This document shows, one piece after another, positions 31,877 to 40,493 of a stretch of DNA of 64,000 bases (its first letter is position 1; every line of letters starts with the position of its first letter). The DNA is from a virus. A model generated the notes under the pieces. That model did no database searches, was not told where the DNA came from, and worked only from the letters and a program-made list of their open reading frames with translations. The position numbers and the translations under genes were made by a program. The stretch is from the IMG/VR virus record IMGVR_UViG_3300027896_000001, positions 110,650-174,649 of that record; one strand, 5' to 3'.

Positions 31877-32707
31877 ATGGCATCACCAAAAATAGAATTA
31901 CAGAGTCTCATCGATCAGACTGGTGGATGGGATTGGGAAGATAAGCACGTAACAAACGCTTTTTCTACTCCCAGCGGTCCGCAATACAATACGCATGGAA
32001 TCGGCATCAGTGACATAATCGAATCAGGAACAGTGCTGATTGCCGCAGGCCCCGCCGATCTTGACAAGGCAAGCGAGAATATTGACGATGCAAACGGCGC
32101 TGGCGGATTCAGAGTAGTCCCGATCGGCCTTGTTGAAACGGCGCAAATCAGTCTTAACAAGCCATTGAGTAGAATTTTTGAAATCGGATCAAAACTCAGT
32201 TATATCATTCCAGGCCGAACGGTTGGCGGGATCAGCCTAAGCAGAGTTTTCTTCGATGGCCCCAGCATCCTGAAAGCGCTGTATTACGGCGAAGTGAAAA
32301 TGGACGCCGCCACCGCAAATAAAAAATATGCCAAATTCATGTCGGATCCAAACGGCGAAGCAGATGCTTACAGGAAACTTGCGAATATCGGTTCCGGCGA
32401 TCTGGCAATGAACCTGGCTTCTTCATTTTTCGATCAACCGATGGGCCTTGCTTTCTTCTTCAAGAATCATCAATTCAACACGGTCGGAGAAACATATTTC
32501 GAAGGTTGCAGGATCAGTACATATAATCTCGGAATTTCTGCCGGCATGAACGTTCTCACAGAATCTGTGAATATCGAATTCACACGAGTTCGTCCAATCC
32601 TCACATCAGATTCAAGAAGTACAGAAATCGGCAAAGATATTTCTGATCTTAACATTGTTTCCAATTCCGTTAACTGGTCAACAGAGATTGGAAACGATGA
32701 GGGGTAA
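31877..32707 (+). CDS. Tail tube protein
   Basis: Follows the sheath; PIG.V, RIFEIGS, PGRT.G.ISL.R, YFEGC.I, V..E.V motifs. Confidence 0.75.
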   Translation: MASPKIELQSLIDQTGGWDWEDKHVTNAFSTPSGPQYNTHGIGISDIIESGTVLIAAGPADLDKASENIDDANGAGGFRVVPIGLVETAQISLNKPLSRIFEIGSKLSYIIPGRTVGGISLSRVFFDGPSILKALYYGEVKMDAATANKKYAKFMSDPNGEADAYRKLANIGSGDLAMNLASSFFDQPMGLAFFFKNHQFNTVGETYFEGCRISTYNLGISAGMNVLTESVNIEFTRVRPILTSDSRSTEIGKDISDLNIVSNSVNWSTEIGNDEG

Positions 32708-32729
32708 AATCAATATTCAAATGATAGGT

Positions 32730-32760
32730 AAAAAAAAAGCCCCTACCGAGGGGCTTTTTT
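32730..32760. terminator. Bidirectional terminator at the junction of the convergent genome halves
   Basis: A9-GCCCCT-ACCG-AGGGGC-T6. Confidence 0.9.
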
Positions 32761-33411
32761 AGTAACAGTTATAAGCTTGCCTATATTCCAAGAACACCAC
32801 GCTTTGGGATGACGAGCTTTTATTTCTTTATTACTTATCCACATTAAGGAAAGAACATTCCAAATTGCATGATGTAAATGCAGGTAGCCTGATTCATCAT
32901 CGAATCTTGATTTTGATCGTACTGTTTTAAAATGCCTTAATAGCGCAGAAATATAACGCTGTTTTGAAACATTCTGCCAATTATTATCTGCATATAATTT
33001 TGCGCCATAAGTATAAACATCCACCACTTTTTGAATTTCATTAATATCAAACAAGTCCCAGCGAAACATCGCCTTAGACGCGTTTATTTCTTCGGTAGTA
33101 TATGGTTTTCCTCTTAACATATAAAACATGAGATAGCCAGTCATTATAAGATCAAATTGATTCTCATGCAGTATATATTCTGTAATATGGTGCATTGTAA
33201 TATTATAAATATCATTCATATTAAACATCGTTAATTCATAAGAAAGACCATTATTAATTAACGTTTGTGGAACAGAAATTATAGTTTTCAATTCGGTCAT
33301 TGGAACTAAATCCCATCTGGATTTTCCTCCATCAAATTTTAATCCGAATTTTCTTGGATCATCTTTTGGGTTGTTTCCTTGAGGAAATTCCTTTTTCTTT
33401 TTACTTGGCAC
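32743..33411 (-). CDS. dATP/dGTP diphosphohydrolase-like protein (DUF5664)
   Basis: G.K.D.GK.RWDL, YGA..Y...NW, A..RH, D.ESG..HL.HA. Confidence 0.8.
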   Translation of the reverse strand: MPSKKKKEFPQGNNPKDDPRKFGLKFDGGKSRWDLVPMTELKTIISVPQTLINNGLSYELTMFNMNDIYNITMHHITEYILHENQFDLIMTGYLMFYMLRGKPYTTEEINASKAMFRWDLFDINEIQKVVDVYTYGAKLYADNNWQNVSKQRYISALLRHFKTVRSKSRFDDESGYLHLHHAIWNVLSLMWISNKEIKARHPKAWCSWNIGKLITVTKKAPR

Positions 33412-33437
33412 AATACCTCCTGAATGTTAATAAAAAA

Positions 33438-33518
33438 AAGCACAGCACACAAATCCACATTGATAGAAAGCGATTGTATCAGGTCTCTTCCTATCATTTG
33501 AATGAGTGTGCTGTGCTT
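33438..33518 (-). ncRNA. Rod-shaped structured RNA candidate
   Basis: 13-bp perfect terminal stem AAGCACAGCACAC/GTGTGCTGTGCTT, inner TGATAG/CTATCA helix, then a U run. Confidence 0.5.
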
Positions 33519-33734
33519 ACACTAACTGAGTTAGAACGCGACGTTCCCCCTGTCCCAGCGTTCGCCGAGCTCAGGATCCTGGGCCCGGAGCCCGCGGCGC
33601 CGCGCGCACGCCGGCCCGACATGACCGGTCGTCCGCCGAGGGGCGGCCGCCGTCTCCCGTCGCGGGGACTCCGCCCTCTGGGCGGAGAGGATCTACGCCT
33701 GCCGAATCAACAGGCATCCCCTCATCTTAGTGTA
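33518..33734 (-). ncRNA. Very GC-rich multi-hairpin element
   Basis: Closed by TACACTAA/TTAGTGTA; several internal hairpins, one with G-U pairs on the - strand. Confidence 0.45.
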
Positions 33735-34067
33735 TTTTTAAAATAACTGTAAACAACTTATCAATCAATATTTTTTTTTTTATCCTCTCTCTCAACTATT
33801 TTGAATGTGCGCACTCCACCTCCCAGAAGGCTCTTAATACTCTTCCTTCTGGAGATGTAATTCTAAGTAACATATCACTGCTTTTCCTCACTTTTCGAGG
33901 TATTACTATCGAAATTCGACGAATTTCGCAGGATACCACGGGTCTCGGGCGTGCGCCGCCGGCACCTGAAGATCTGAATTCTAAATTCAAAAATATCCCA
34001 AGTTGGAATATTTCAAGATTAGAATCTTAGGACCAAGCTTCTTTAAATTCACATCACATATAATTCG

Positions 34068-34176
34068 CACATTCCCGGTGATTCGCTACCGCCGGCGAAG
34101 CCGTGCGGTATGTCGCCGCAGGCCGGACCCGAAGGGTCCGAGGTCCGAGGCGACAAGAAGAACAAAAGGGAATGTG
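34068..34176 (+). other. Branched hairpin element with C(GAA)G triloops (possible ssDNA/origin signal)
   Basis: CACATTCCC/GGGAATGTG closes two hairpins, CGGC-GAA-GCCG and GGACCC-GAA-GGGTCC. Confidence 0.4.
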
Positions 34177-34231
34177 AATTAAGAATGGCGGAACACCATT
34201 CCGATTTTTCACAACTTGAGAAAGAAGAACA

Positions 34232-34543
34232 TTACTTTAAGTATTTTAAATATCTTTCTACTGTATGTCTTCCGATAAGTCTGTCTTTTATAATACCTTC
34301 CTTATAAAGCAAAACTGTAGGAAGGTATTCAAGACTATATTTTTGAATAATTTTTATTTCATCATCATCTATATTGACAATAATAATTTCTATTTCATTC
34401 GGATCAGGCAAGGCATCGGAAATCACTTTTTCAAGACCTACGCAATTACGGCAATCCTTTTCTGAAATAAAGATTACAAAAGTATATCCCCAATAGTGAT
34501 TTACGAATGCCTGCATTTCATCTTCAAACAGCCGGCGTATCAC
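34232..34543 (-). CDS. Thioredoxin-fold protein
   Basis: CRNC active-site motif, VNID, LPTVLLYK.G. Confidence 0.75.
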   Translation of the reverse strand: MIRRLFEDEMQAFVNHYWGYTFVIFISEKDCRNCVGLEKVISDALPDPNEIEIIIVNIDDDEIKIIQKYSLEYLPTVLLYKEGIIKDRLIGRHTVERYLKYLK

Positions 34544-35072
34544 GTTTAGCCGCCGCGGTTGCTATTTTTTTTCCTCTATTTTTTCCAACCCCGTGACCTA
34601 TAAAAGCTATTATTATTCCTCCTATAGAGGTAATTAACGATTCTAAAATTTTTAATAAAAAATTTGAATTATCTCTTTGATGTTTATATGCGGTTTGAAG
34701 GTTTGTTACTATGAACAATAATTTATTGTATTTAATTTCTATTTGTTGAACTTCATCCATTATAAGAAAATCTTGATTTTCAGTAGCAGTATAATTACGT
34801 TTATTTTTAGAACGACGATTTTTGGTTATTATTTTTGATTTTAAATTTTCTGTTGGCATTGGTTCTGGAAGGGAAACCACGGATGTATCAGCCTCGTTAT
34901 ATTCTCCAGCTGGATATTTTGCTGGAGCTGCCTTTTCAGATTTTTCAATAATAAAACCCTTTAACGAAGGCTCTTCCTGCATTGTTTTGCTTTGCATAAC
35001 CATTGAATCGATATTCATTGTTTGTGAAAAGCCAAGGACAGAAAGAATGGTAATTAAAAATAATGTTTTCAT
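34524..35072 (-). CDS. Hypothetical protein with signal peptide and C-terminal transmembrane helix
   Basis: MKTLFLITILSVLGFSQ; IGGIIIAFIG. Confidence 0.6.
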   Translation of the reverse strand: MKTLFLITILSVLGFSQTMNIDSMVMQSKTMQEEPSLKGFIIEKSEKAAPAKYPAGEYNEADTSVVSLPEPMPTENLKSKIITKNRRSKNKRNYTATENQDFLIMDEVQQIEIKYNKLLFIVTNLQTAYKHQRDNSNFLLKILESLITSIGGIIIAFIGHGVGKNRGKKIATAAAKRDTPAV

Positions 35073-35273
35073 TTAGCCTTCTTTCTTTGGCATTAGAGTT
35101 AATTTGGTAAAGGCTGGTGAAGCCATTTGATTCATTGTTTCAAGAAGCGCGGCAAGAAGAAGATCCTGATCATCAACCTTCTCTCCTTCGACTCCGCTTT
35201 TAAGAAGTTCCTGTCGCGTTTCCTGCATATTGGAAAAAATCTTAGCGACTTTTTCCAAACCTTCTTTGCTCAT
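35073..35273 (-). CDS. Hypothetical protein
   Basis: SD GAAAGGA; packed in the operon. Confidence 0.6.
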   Translation of the reverse strand: MSKEGLEKVAKIFSNMQETRQELLKSGVEGEKVDDQDLLLAALLETMNQMASPAFTKLTLMPKKEG

Positions 35274-35286
35274 ATATTTTCCTTTC

Positions 35287-35571
35287 CTAAAAACAATACT
35301 TGAAAAAACATCCCGATTTCATAGAGTGAAAAATGAAATTTTCGGGAAAAGCGGAAAAACGCTTTTCTCCGATAGTTCTTCTTGAACCATCGATTTCATT
35401 TTCAATATGGAATTTTTTATTCTGCTTATCGTATGAAATATGTTTTGATGATCGAACTCCAAAATTAAGAAGAACAAAAAATGATTCTCCGCCATCTTTA
35501 CTAGCGTATTTTTTTAATTCTTTTATAGTTTTTACAGGTTTCGCTTTTTTAAGAATCGAAGAAACAGCCAT
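35287..35571 (-). CDS. Hypothetical protein
   Basis: SD AAGGA. Confidence 0.6.
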   Translation of the reverse strand: MAVSSILKKAKPVKTIKELKKYASKDGGESFFVLLNFGVRSSKHISYDKQNKKFHIENEIDGSRRTIGEKRFSAFPENFIFHSMKSGCFFKYCF

Positions 35572-35588
35572 GAAAATCCTTTCTAAAA

Positions 35589-35662
35589 TCGGAGTGATAG
35601 GATTTGAACCTACGACTACCTGCGCCCAAGGCAGGTGCCCTACCAGGCTGGGCTACACTCCG
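35589..35662 (-). tRNA. tRNA-Pro (UGG)
   Basis: Cloverleaf: CGGAGTG/CACTCCG, anticodon loop CTTGGGC, TTCAAAT T-loop; CCA not encoded. Confidence 0.95.
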
Positions 35663-35664
35663 AG

Positions 35665-36036
35665 TTATTCTCCAATTGCTTTCATTTCTATTACATGCGC
35701 TAAATGATCAAATCCCTCTTTGACAGAAACACTGAGAGCTTCTATAGCCCCCATTTCTGTGGCAGCATTTCCAGTACCAAGGCGATGAATTGCGCCAGCT
35801 AACGTATCGCGAATAAGTTCGCCAAACCCAGCCATTTGTTCATCAAAAATGTCACCATTATTAATATAAGCAGACGTTTTCCTTCGTAATTCTAATATCT
35901 TTGCACATTCAATAACATCTCTTATATTACAATCAGTTTCTTTAGATATTTCTTTACATTCTTCAACAAAATTTTGAATATCTTTTTGATCAATACGCAT
36001 CATACCTCTTGGACTTTGATTAAAAAGCGTTCCCAT
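35665..36036 (-). CDS. Hypothetical protein
   Basis: SD AGGAG. Confidence 0.65.
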   Translation of the reverse strand: MGTLFNQSPRGMMRIDQKDIQNFVEECKEISKETDCNIRDVIECAKILELRRKTSAYINNGDIFDEQMAGFGELIRDTLAGAIHRLGTGNAATEMGAIEALSVSVKEGFDHLAHVIEMKAIGE

Positions 36037-36049
36037 AAAATCTCCTATT

Positions 36050-36316
36050 CTATAAAGTAAGCTTAGTAGCCGTATTAATAATCACTTGTTTTTTACACTC
36101 GTGCAAAAATGGCCACGGAAGTTCAGAATATCTTTTAGCGCGTCGAATTCCAAAAACAAAAGTATGAAACGCGAGTTTTCCTTCAGGAGTATTTTTTTGA
36201 CAAACATCATAATGACGGATTGTTCCGCATTGTTCAGTATATCCAAAGCTAAACCATGTATCTGTTACTAAAGGATCTTCAGGAGACATCCAAAAATTTA
36301 ATACTTTTATTCCCAT
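36050..36316 (-). CDS. Hypothetical protein
   Basis: SD AGGAGG. Confidence 0.6.
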   Translation of the reverse strand: MGIKVLNFWMSPEDPLVTDTWFSFGYTEQCGTIRHYDVCQKNTPEGKLAFHTFVFGIRRAKRYSELPWPFLHECKKQVIINTATKLTL

Positions 36317-36352
36317 GAAGACCTCCTTTCTTTATTTCAGGTTTATTATTTT

Positions 36353-36424
36353 CTGGCGCCAACGGGCTCGAACCGCTAATAGGCAGGACCAAAACCTGCT
36401 GGCTTACCATTAGCCAAGGCGCCA
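36353..36424 (-). tRNA. tRNA-Gln (UUG)
   Basis: TGGCGCC/GGCGCCA, GCAGG-TTTTGGT-CCTGC, TTCGAGC T-loop. Confidence 0.93.
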
Positions 36425-36433
36425 ATAAAAATC

Positions 36434-36498
36434 CCTGCTCACAATCTGTAGGGCCGCGTGACAGCCTAGGACGCCCGGCGGTCGGTTTTGTGAGCAGG
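36434..36498 (-). ncRNA. Small structured RNA candidate (array A, unit 4)
   Basis: 11-bp terminal stem CCTGCTCACAA/TTGTGAGCAGG. Confidence 0.55.
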
Positions 36499-36505
36499 AA
36501 AAAGA

Positions 36506-36562
36506 TCGGGTGGGCAGGTGTCTCACCTGCATGGTATACCATCGGCTTTTCGCCCCAGCCCG
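36506..36562 (-). ncRNA. 57-nt tRNA-like cloverleaf (array A, unit 3)
   Basis: Acceptor-like stem, two short arms and a 5-bp arm with 7-nt loop (GCAGG-TGAGACA-CCTGC). Confidence 0.55.
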
Positions 36563-36566
36563 TAAA

Positions 36567-36670
36567 TTAACGGGGGTCTCCTCCAGGCCAAAGAGGGCTA
36601 CGCGCAACCGCGCAGTTTGCTGGCCCTAGGAGGACGCCAGCGTTCGGTCCTTCATAGAAAACCCCGTTAA
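36567..36670 (-). ncRNA. Pseudoknotted RNA candidate (array A, unit 2)
   Basis: TTAACGGGG/CCCCGTTAA closing stem; crossing helices GCTGGC/GCCAGC and TCCTCC/GGAGGA. Confidence 0.55.
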
Positions 36671-36780
36671 GGGCACGAAACGGCGCAACGCAGCCGGCCA
36701 TTATGCCTCGTTGTCCAGGATCGATCCATAAAAGCATAATCGGCTGACCATAGTATGGTTCTATACCGTTCAATGCCCTT
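36669..36780 (-). ncRNA. Rod RNA candidate with central bubble (array A, unit 1)
   Basis: AAGGGCA/TGCCCTT, AACGG/CCGTT, CAGCCG/CGGCTG, ATTATGC/GCATAAT nested helices. Confidence 0.55.
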
Positions 36781-37013
36781 TATATTTTATGATTTTCAAT
36801 ATCGATATATTGAGGAATATCGAAATGTCCCATTAGCCAATAGTCTCTTAAAAGACCTGATCCATGAATTATGGATTCTACATTTGCTCCGCATTTACAG
36901 AACATCTCATCTCTTGGTATTCTAGAAAAAGGCTTTCGAAACATTCCGATAAATTTATGTTTTGCAGGATTAAGTTCGTCATCATTGCAGGATATTCCGT
37001 TTATTAAAACCAT
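36780..37013 (-). CDS. Hypothetical protein
   Basis: SD AAGGA; CKCG and HW/GHFD.P.Y-like end. Confidence 0.6.
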   Translation of the reverse strand: MVLINGISCNDDELNPAKHKFIGMFRKPFSRIPRDEMFCKCGANVESIIHGSGLLRDYWLMGHFDIPQYIDIENHKI

Positions 37014-37082
37014 AAATTCCTTTCTTCTAATCGATCATGGGCGGCATTTCAGCCGCCCCTCCTTTTGTTAAGGTAAGAAAAA

Positions 37083-37482
37083 TGGAGCTAGAGGGAATCG
37101 AACCCTCGTCCGCAGCAAAGTCAAAACCAGTCTCTACGTGTGTAGAAGGATTGTATATTTCAGAATTACTAATCCTACAACCTTATTCTGAAATGCAAGA
37201 ATGTAACTTCGGGCCGTTTCTTTCTCCTGCGCTTCACGGATCCCTACTCCGTGTAAAATGTTTTCAGGCAAGCCACGGATCAACCTGAAAATGCGCCATC
37301 TTTAGTTAGATGGCGACTGCGGAACCGACTCCGCACATCTCCGCGAAGGAGAGGGCGAAATCAAGCCCCATGATACTACCCTGTTTGTTGGCAGTTATCG
37401 TTTCTCGTTTTTTACGAGGCCAACGAGAATCCTCGACACGCTGCTCGAATCCCCTTTGCTACGTCGAAACCAATTTAGCCCC
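37083..37482 (-). ncRNA. ssrA: tmRNA
   Basis: 5' GGGGCTAAATTGGTTTCGAC, 3' GACGAGGGTTCGATTCCCTCTAGCTCCA (Ala-like acceptor and T arm), pk1 (GAGG/CCTC, TCTCGTT/AACGAGA), ATAACT-GCC resume site. Confidence 0.95.
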
Positions 37483-37493
37483 ATGTCTGTAAA

Positions 37494-40493
37494 TTATATC
37501 GTACACTTTTCGGTATCGCAATATTTTTCTCCAACCGCATCTCCAGTCAATAAAGAATAATCCGCTGGCTTTATTTTTGAAATCATATCCTCATATCTTT
37601 CGGCAGAAATTTCTTCATAGACAGGTTGTTTATATGAATGCTCTTTTATAGGAAGCATCGAAATTGATTTTAATCTTGAATCAAATATTGAAAGGGCATT
37701 CACTATATCTCTGACTTCATCTTTTTTAAATGTGATTGTTATTGAAACCTGATTATCAGACCACACTTTTTGGTAGTCTGCTGCATTTAAAAATTGCTCC
37801 CACATAGTAACTTCATTTTTTCCTTTAACGAAGTATTTGGTATGAATGGGAAACTCTATTAATAATGCAGTTTTATCAGTGACACTTTTTACAACGTTAT
37901 ATCCGGCATCTTTCATTATCTTCGCAAGTGGCGAATCTACAGTCACAGTAACTCTGCGAATGTAATATTCAGAATGCGGATAATGAATTCCGGGACTTAC
38001 GTTTGCAAGAAGCGATACTGTTCCGCTTGGTTTGACTGAAGTAATCTTGATGCTCTTGGGAATGCATAGCCAATCAGCATAAATCGCATCAAGTTTTTTC
38101 AGATATGCATATCCTTTGTCACTCCATTCAAGAGTTGTTCTTCTTCCGTGTTTTGCAAATGAATCAATGATTCCTGATTGAGAAGTTCCTATTCGTCTGT
38201 TTCGCAACATGACAGCGTTGGTTTCTTCCCAATGAGTCGGTATAAGAGTGACTGTTTTTGCGTATAGATAAGCATATTTTAAAGTCAGTTGATATTCGTC
38301 ATAAGTTTCATGACGTGATGGAAAAGTCTCCACCAAGCAGCACAGTTCTTTGCTTTCAAGAGTTTGTTCTCCACATTGACCTGTTAAAATACCATTAAAC
38401 ATACCCAAATGTCTTTTATTCTCAGTAAAGCAAAAAGTATCATCTATTCTGTTTTCATCAGTAACAGATACTACTTTAATAAACTGAGAAGCATCTCTAT
38501 TCGGAGTATGATAATCATATTTTACTCTTTTTGGTCTCCATCCTAAGTCGTACAATTTTTTCAAACCATTTGATGTTACAATCAGCCTGTAACACGGGAG
38601 GCATTCATACTCTTTTAATTCTCTATTAGAATCGGGAAGAGTATGTAATCCACCATCTTTCATTAATGATACTTTACTATCAATACCTATAGTTTGAAGC
38701 ATCAGTCTTACTCTAAGTAAAAATTCTTTATTAACTGATGATACTTGAAGTACTGGATTTCCATCAGCTAATTGTATATGACCGTCACCATCACAAAGAC
38801 CAGCAAACCAATCAAGACGATCTTGAATTTTTATATCACAATAAGGAACAAAATACTTTGAATTCAAACCAGTGCATGTTATTTGAATTCTCATTCCATC
38901 TCCATACCCAACAGACAATTCTTTATACGATCCTTTGTTGTAATGAAGATTTTCTATAAGTTTCTTTTTCTCTTCAGAATACAACCATACATAGAAAGAA
39001 TCTTCATTAAATTGCTGTCCATCAGCACAACAAAATCCATGAGTATACGGATGTTTGAAATCTTTTATTCCATTGATAATTGGTAACTCGTATTTTATTA
39101 ACTTGTCACCTTCTTTGAGGTCTTTTGTTGCTTTAGTAACAACGTTTCCTCTATCTGTAAATCTATTTTGAATTTTAAACTCGTGCGTCTCTGTAACATC
39201 AAGAGATACTCCATTTGAAAATTCAACATGAAGTAGTTTTTTCTTCTCACCAGTTTTTCTAACAATAACTGAAGAGAACTCAAAACCGTTCCACACGTTA
39301 ACATACTTACCTTCAAGAGGAGCTATTTCTTTATACCCCTCATCTGTAAGTGTTAATGTTTCAGGAGCTACACACGGATTAACTCCATCAGCCTTATAAT
39401 CCAGGTCATTGGGCAAATCACCCATACGGCCGTATCTTCTTGCATTGTTGAGCCATACAACTCCCGGTTCTCCATTCTTTGCAATGCTCTCAGCTATAGC
39501 TAAATAATCTTGCCCAACTACCGCCTTAACACTATTGTTTGAAGCCCATCTGAAATTATTTAATTCTTCCTTGTGTAAAATCGGATCTTTGATTGTAAGA
39601 AAATCAATATCATCAATTTCCCCCAAAGAAAGAAGTGCGCTCCTGCGAACATTGCCGGAAACGACACACTTACCTATCATACAGCATAAATCCACTATAT
39701 CTGTGGATTTTATTTTTTCTCCAATTCTGGAAATAAAAAGTTTCTCAATTCCTACAATAAGTTCTATTAATGGTTCAGGTCCGCTGGCCTCTCCGCCGAA
39801 TCCACGAATAGAAGAACCTTTCGGTCTCACATTGCTGAAATCAAATTTCGGAATATCCGTTCCCAAAAGAAACCCGCTTAAAACAATAGCCATTGTTTCA
39901 ACCCATCCTTCACGTGAATCAGGGACTATAGCTATTCCGTCAATTTTTTTTGGTTCTCTTATATTGATTTTTTCAGCGCCAAGAGTATCGAACCCCACGC
40001 CAACACCAAGCATAGACATATCCATTATGAATTTGAAAGGACCGATTGTGTCCCATGCAAGATTTTTCGTGGATACGAATGCGCAGTTGTTGAGAGCAGC
40101 CCCGCCGTTTTTATCTATGTACTCGGTTCCCATCATCCATAGACCACGGCCTGGAGGAGAAAATTTAAGATTGAATATCAGATCGAACATTATCCTGGCG
40201 CTGTTCTGAGCTTTAGTATTGTTCCATGGCACCTTATGCGCCTGACAGTGTTTTTTTTGAATGTTAAAACACCCTTCCACAACACGGCGCACGCATTCAT
40301 GCCATCGTTCTTTTCTTCGTTTTCCACCTGATTCTATCCATCGTGAATAGGTGCGAAGAAAAGTAAATTCACTTATAGGGCTCCAATCAACCTTCTTATC
40401 TTCATATGATTTTATAAAATCATCTGATAGATAAAATGGAGTAATCTTCACCTCGCTTTTAGGTAGAAAAAATGCACTTTGTTCTACTTCCAT
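37494..40493 (-). CDS. nrdJ: Class II (adenosylcobalamin-dependent) ribonucleoside-triphosphate reductase with intein
   Basis: FLRTYSR, PPGRGLW, LNNC, GVGVG, GNVRRSA, NP|C.EQ.L, TSVKPSGT, C-terminal YCD...C. Confidence 0.92.
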   Translation of the reverse strand: MEVEQSAFFLPKSEVKITPFYLSDDFIKSYEDKKVDWSPISEFTFLRTYSRWIESGGKRRKERWHECVRRVVEGCFNIQKKHCQAHKVPWNNTKAQNSARIMFDLIFNLKFSPPGRGLWMMGTEYIDKNGGAALNNCAFVSTKNLAWDTIGPFKFIMDMSMLGVGVGFDTLGAEKINIREPKKIDGIAIVPDSREGWVETMAIVLSGFLLGTDIPKFDFSNVRPKGSSIRGFGGEASGPEPLIELIVGIEKLFISRIGEKIKSTDIVDLCCMIGKCVVSGNVRRSALLSLGEIDDIDFLTIKDPILHKEELNNFRWASNNSVKAVVGQDYLAIAESIAKNGEPGVVWLNNARRYGRMGDLPNDLDYKADGVNPCVAPETLTLTDEGYKEIAPLEGKYVNVWNGFEFSSVIVRKTGEKKKLLHVEFSNGVSLDVTETHEFKIQNRFTDRGNVVTKATKDLKEGDKLIKYELPIINGIKDFKHPYTHGFCCADGQQFNEDSFYVWLYSEEKKKLIENLHYNKGSYKELSVGYGDGMRIQITCTGLNSKYFVPYCDIKIQDRLDWFAGLCDGDGHIQLADGNPVLQVSSVNKEFLLRVRLMLQTIGIDSKVSLMKDGGLHTLPDSNRELKEYECLPCYRLIVTSNGLKKLYDLGWRPKRVKYDYHTPNRDASQFIKVVSVTDENRIDDTFCFTENKRHLGMFNGILTGQCGEQTLESKELCCLVETFPSRHETYDEYQLTLKYAYLYAKTVTLIPTHWEETNAVMLRNRRIGTSQSGIIDSFAKHGRRTTLEWSDKGYAYLKKLDAIYADWLCIPKSIKITSVKPSGTVSLLANVSPGIHYPHSEYYIRRVTVTVDSPLAKIMKDAGYNVVKSVTDKTALLIEFPIHTKYFVKGKNEVTMWEQFLNAADYQKVWSDNQVSITITFKKDEVRDIVNALSIFDSRLKSISMLPIKEHSYKQPVYEEISAERYEDMISKIKPADYSLLTGDAVGEKYCDTEKCTI
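38376..39374 (-). mobile_element. Intein (333 aa) with LAGLIDADG homing endonuclease
   Basis: Begins CVAPET, block B VTETHEF, GFCCADG and AGLCDGDG motifs, ends FNGILTGQ before the Cys of the NPCGE motif. Confidence 0.92.

Noticed and set aside
32715-33503. 14-bp inverted repeat ATTCAAATGATAGG flanking the DUF5664-like gene
   Set aside because: No transposase, recombinase or target-site duplication; an AT-rich 14-mer match can arise by chance
33300-34307. ORFs 33300..33746, 33796..33990 and 34110..34307
   Set aside because: No SD, atypical composition, and they run across GC hairpin elements
36567-36670. HDV-like (theta) ribozyme next to a tRNA
   Set aside because: P1, P2 and P4-like helices can be drawn, but there is no room for P3/L3 or P1.1
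37037-37492. + strand ORFs over the tmRNA, and ORF-track ORFs over other RNA units (36279-36773, 45753-46145, 49334-49661, 51527-51736, 57783-57974, 59806-59997)
   Set aside because: Better explained by RNA structure; no SD or protein-like features
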